64,000 nucleotides of DNA, from the NCBI GenBank assembly GCA_050273025.1, contig CP158635.1:18910001-18974000 (forward strand), read 5' to 3'. The position numbers and the translations under genes were made by a program. The notes below the pieces were generated by a model. It was not told where the DNA came from and searched no databases. It saw only the letters and a program-made list of their open reading frames with translations. Position 1 is the first letter of the stretch. Each line of letters opens with the position of its first letter. The DNA comes from Cenococcum geophilum (taxonomy: Eukaryota). Below, piece after piece: positions 63,801 to 64,000 of the stretch.

Positions 63801-64000
63801 CTATAAGCATTTCTACCTATTTAATTTATCTTTAGTTAAGTTCTTTTATTATTAAAACCCCTATTAGGTTCTTATAATCTATCTTAACTATAAATAGGTT
63901 TTTTATGCCTTATAAGAATGCTCTTTATTCTTTAAGTGCTATAACTATACCTAATAACTCCTTATTATAGATGTTATAGTTTAACTCTAGTAGTATTATC
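60863..64000 (-). mobile_element. 3' part of a Gypsy chromovirus (RNaseH end, integrase, chromodomain, PPT, 3' LTR 60863-61286)
   Basis: LTR TGTAACG...CGTAACA; PPT (CCCCCCCTCCTC on +) at ~61290-61301. Minus frame gives YKVKWxGY..TWEP-like, AYxxQTDxxTER and ISDRDxRF motifs. Confidence 0.9.
62862..63044. repeat. Solo LTR (183 bp) in the Gypsy integrase, TSD CTATA
   Basis: CTATA at 62857-62861 and 63045-63049; RIPed TG..CA termini; the integrase frame DRDLRF-x-AAFW is restored when it is removed. Confidence 0.8.

Overview
Eukaryotic DNA, most likely a filamentous ascomycete (Pezizomycotina). About 85% of the window is an AT-rich pile of nested transposons degraded by RIP (repeat-induced point mutation): TpA is in excess and paired repeats differ almost only by C>T/G>A. 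It surrounds one GC-balanced gene island (~33.0-42.7 kb). The island holds a spliced alpha/beta-hydrolase-domain gene, a spliced ~239-aa MGCSSS-type hypothetical gene and an MFS-transporter pseudogene. Left block: Ty3/Gypsy and Ty1/Copia elements (two Copia with paired LTRs and 5-bp TSDs), a 1.37-kb poly(A)-tailed retroposon with a hairpin tandem array, a structurally complete Ngaro (tyrosine-recombinase) retroelement inserted in a solo LTR, a 5'-truncated Tad1-like LINE with a 14-bp TSD, and a Tc1/mariner remnant. Right block: a 12.6-kb AcademH-type composite, two tandem Crypton elements, solo LTRs and a Gypsy element with an antisense zinc-cluster-like ORF. The composite is two inverted copies sharing one 9-bp TSD and carries a RecQ-like helicase, a transposase and a duplicated Zn2Cys6-like gene. 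All TE proteins were read by eye from RIP-damaged frames; no database searches were run.
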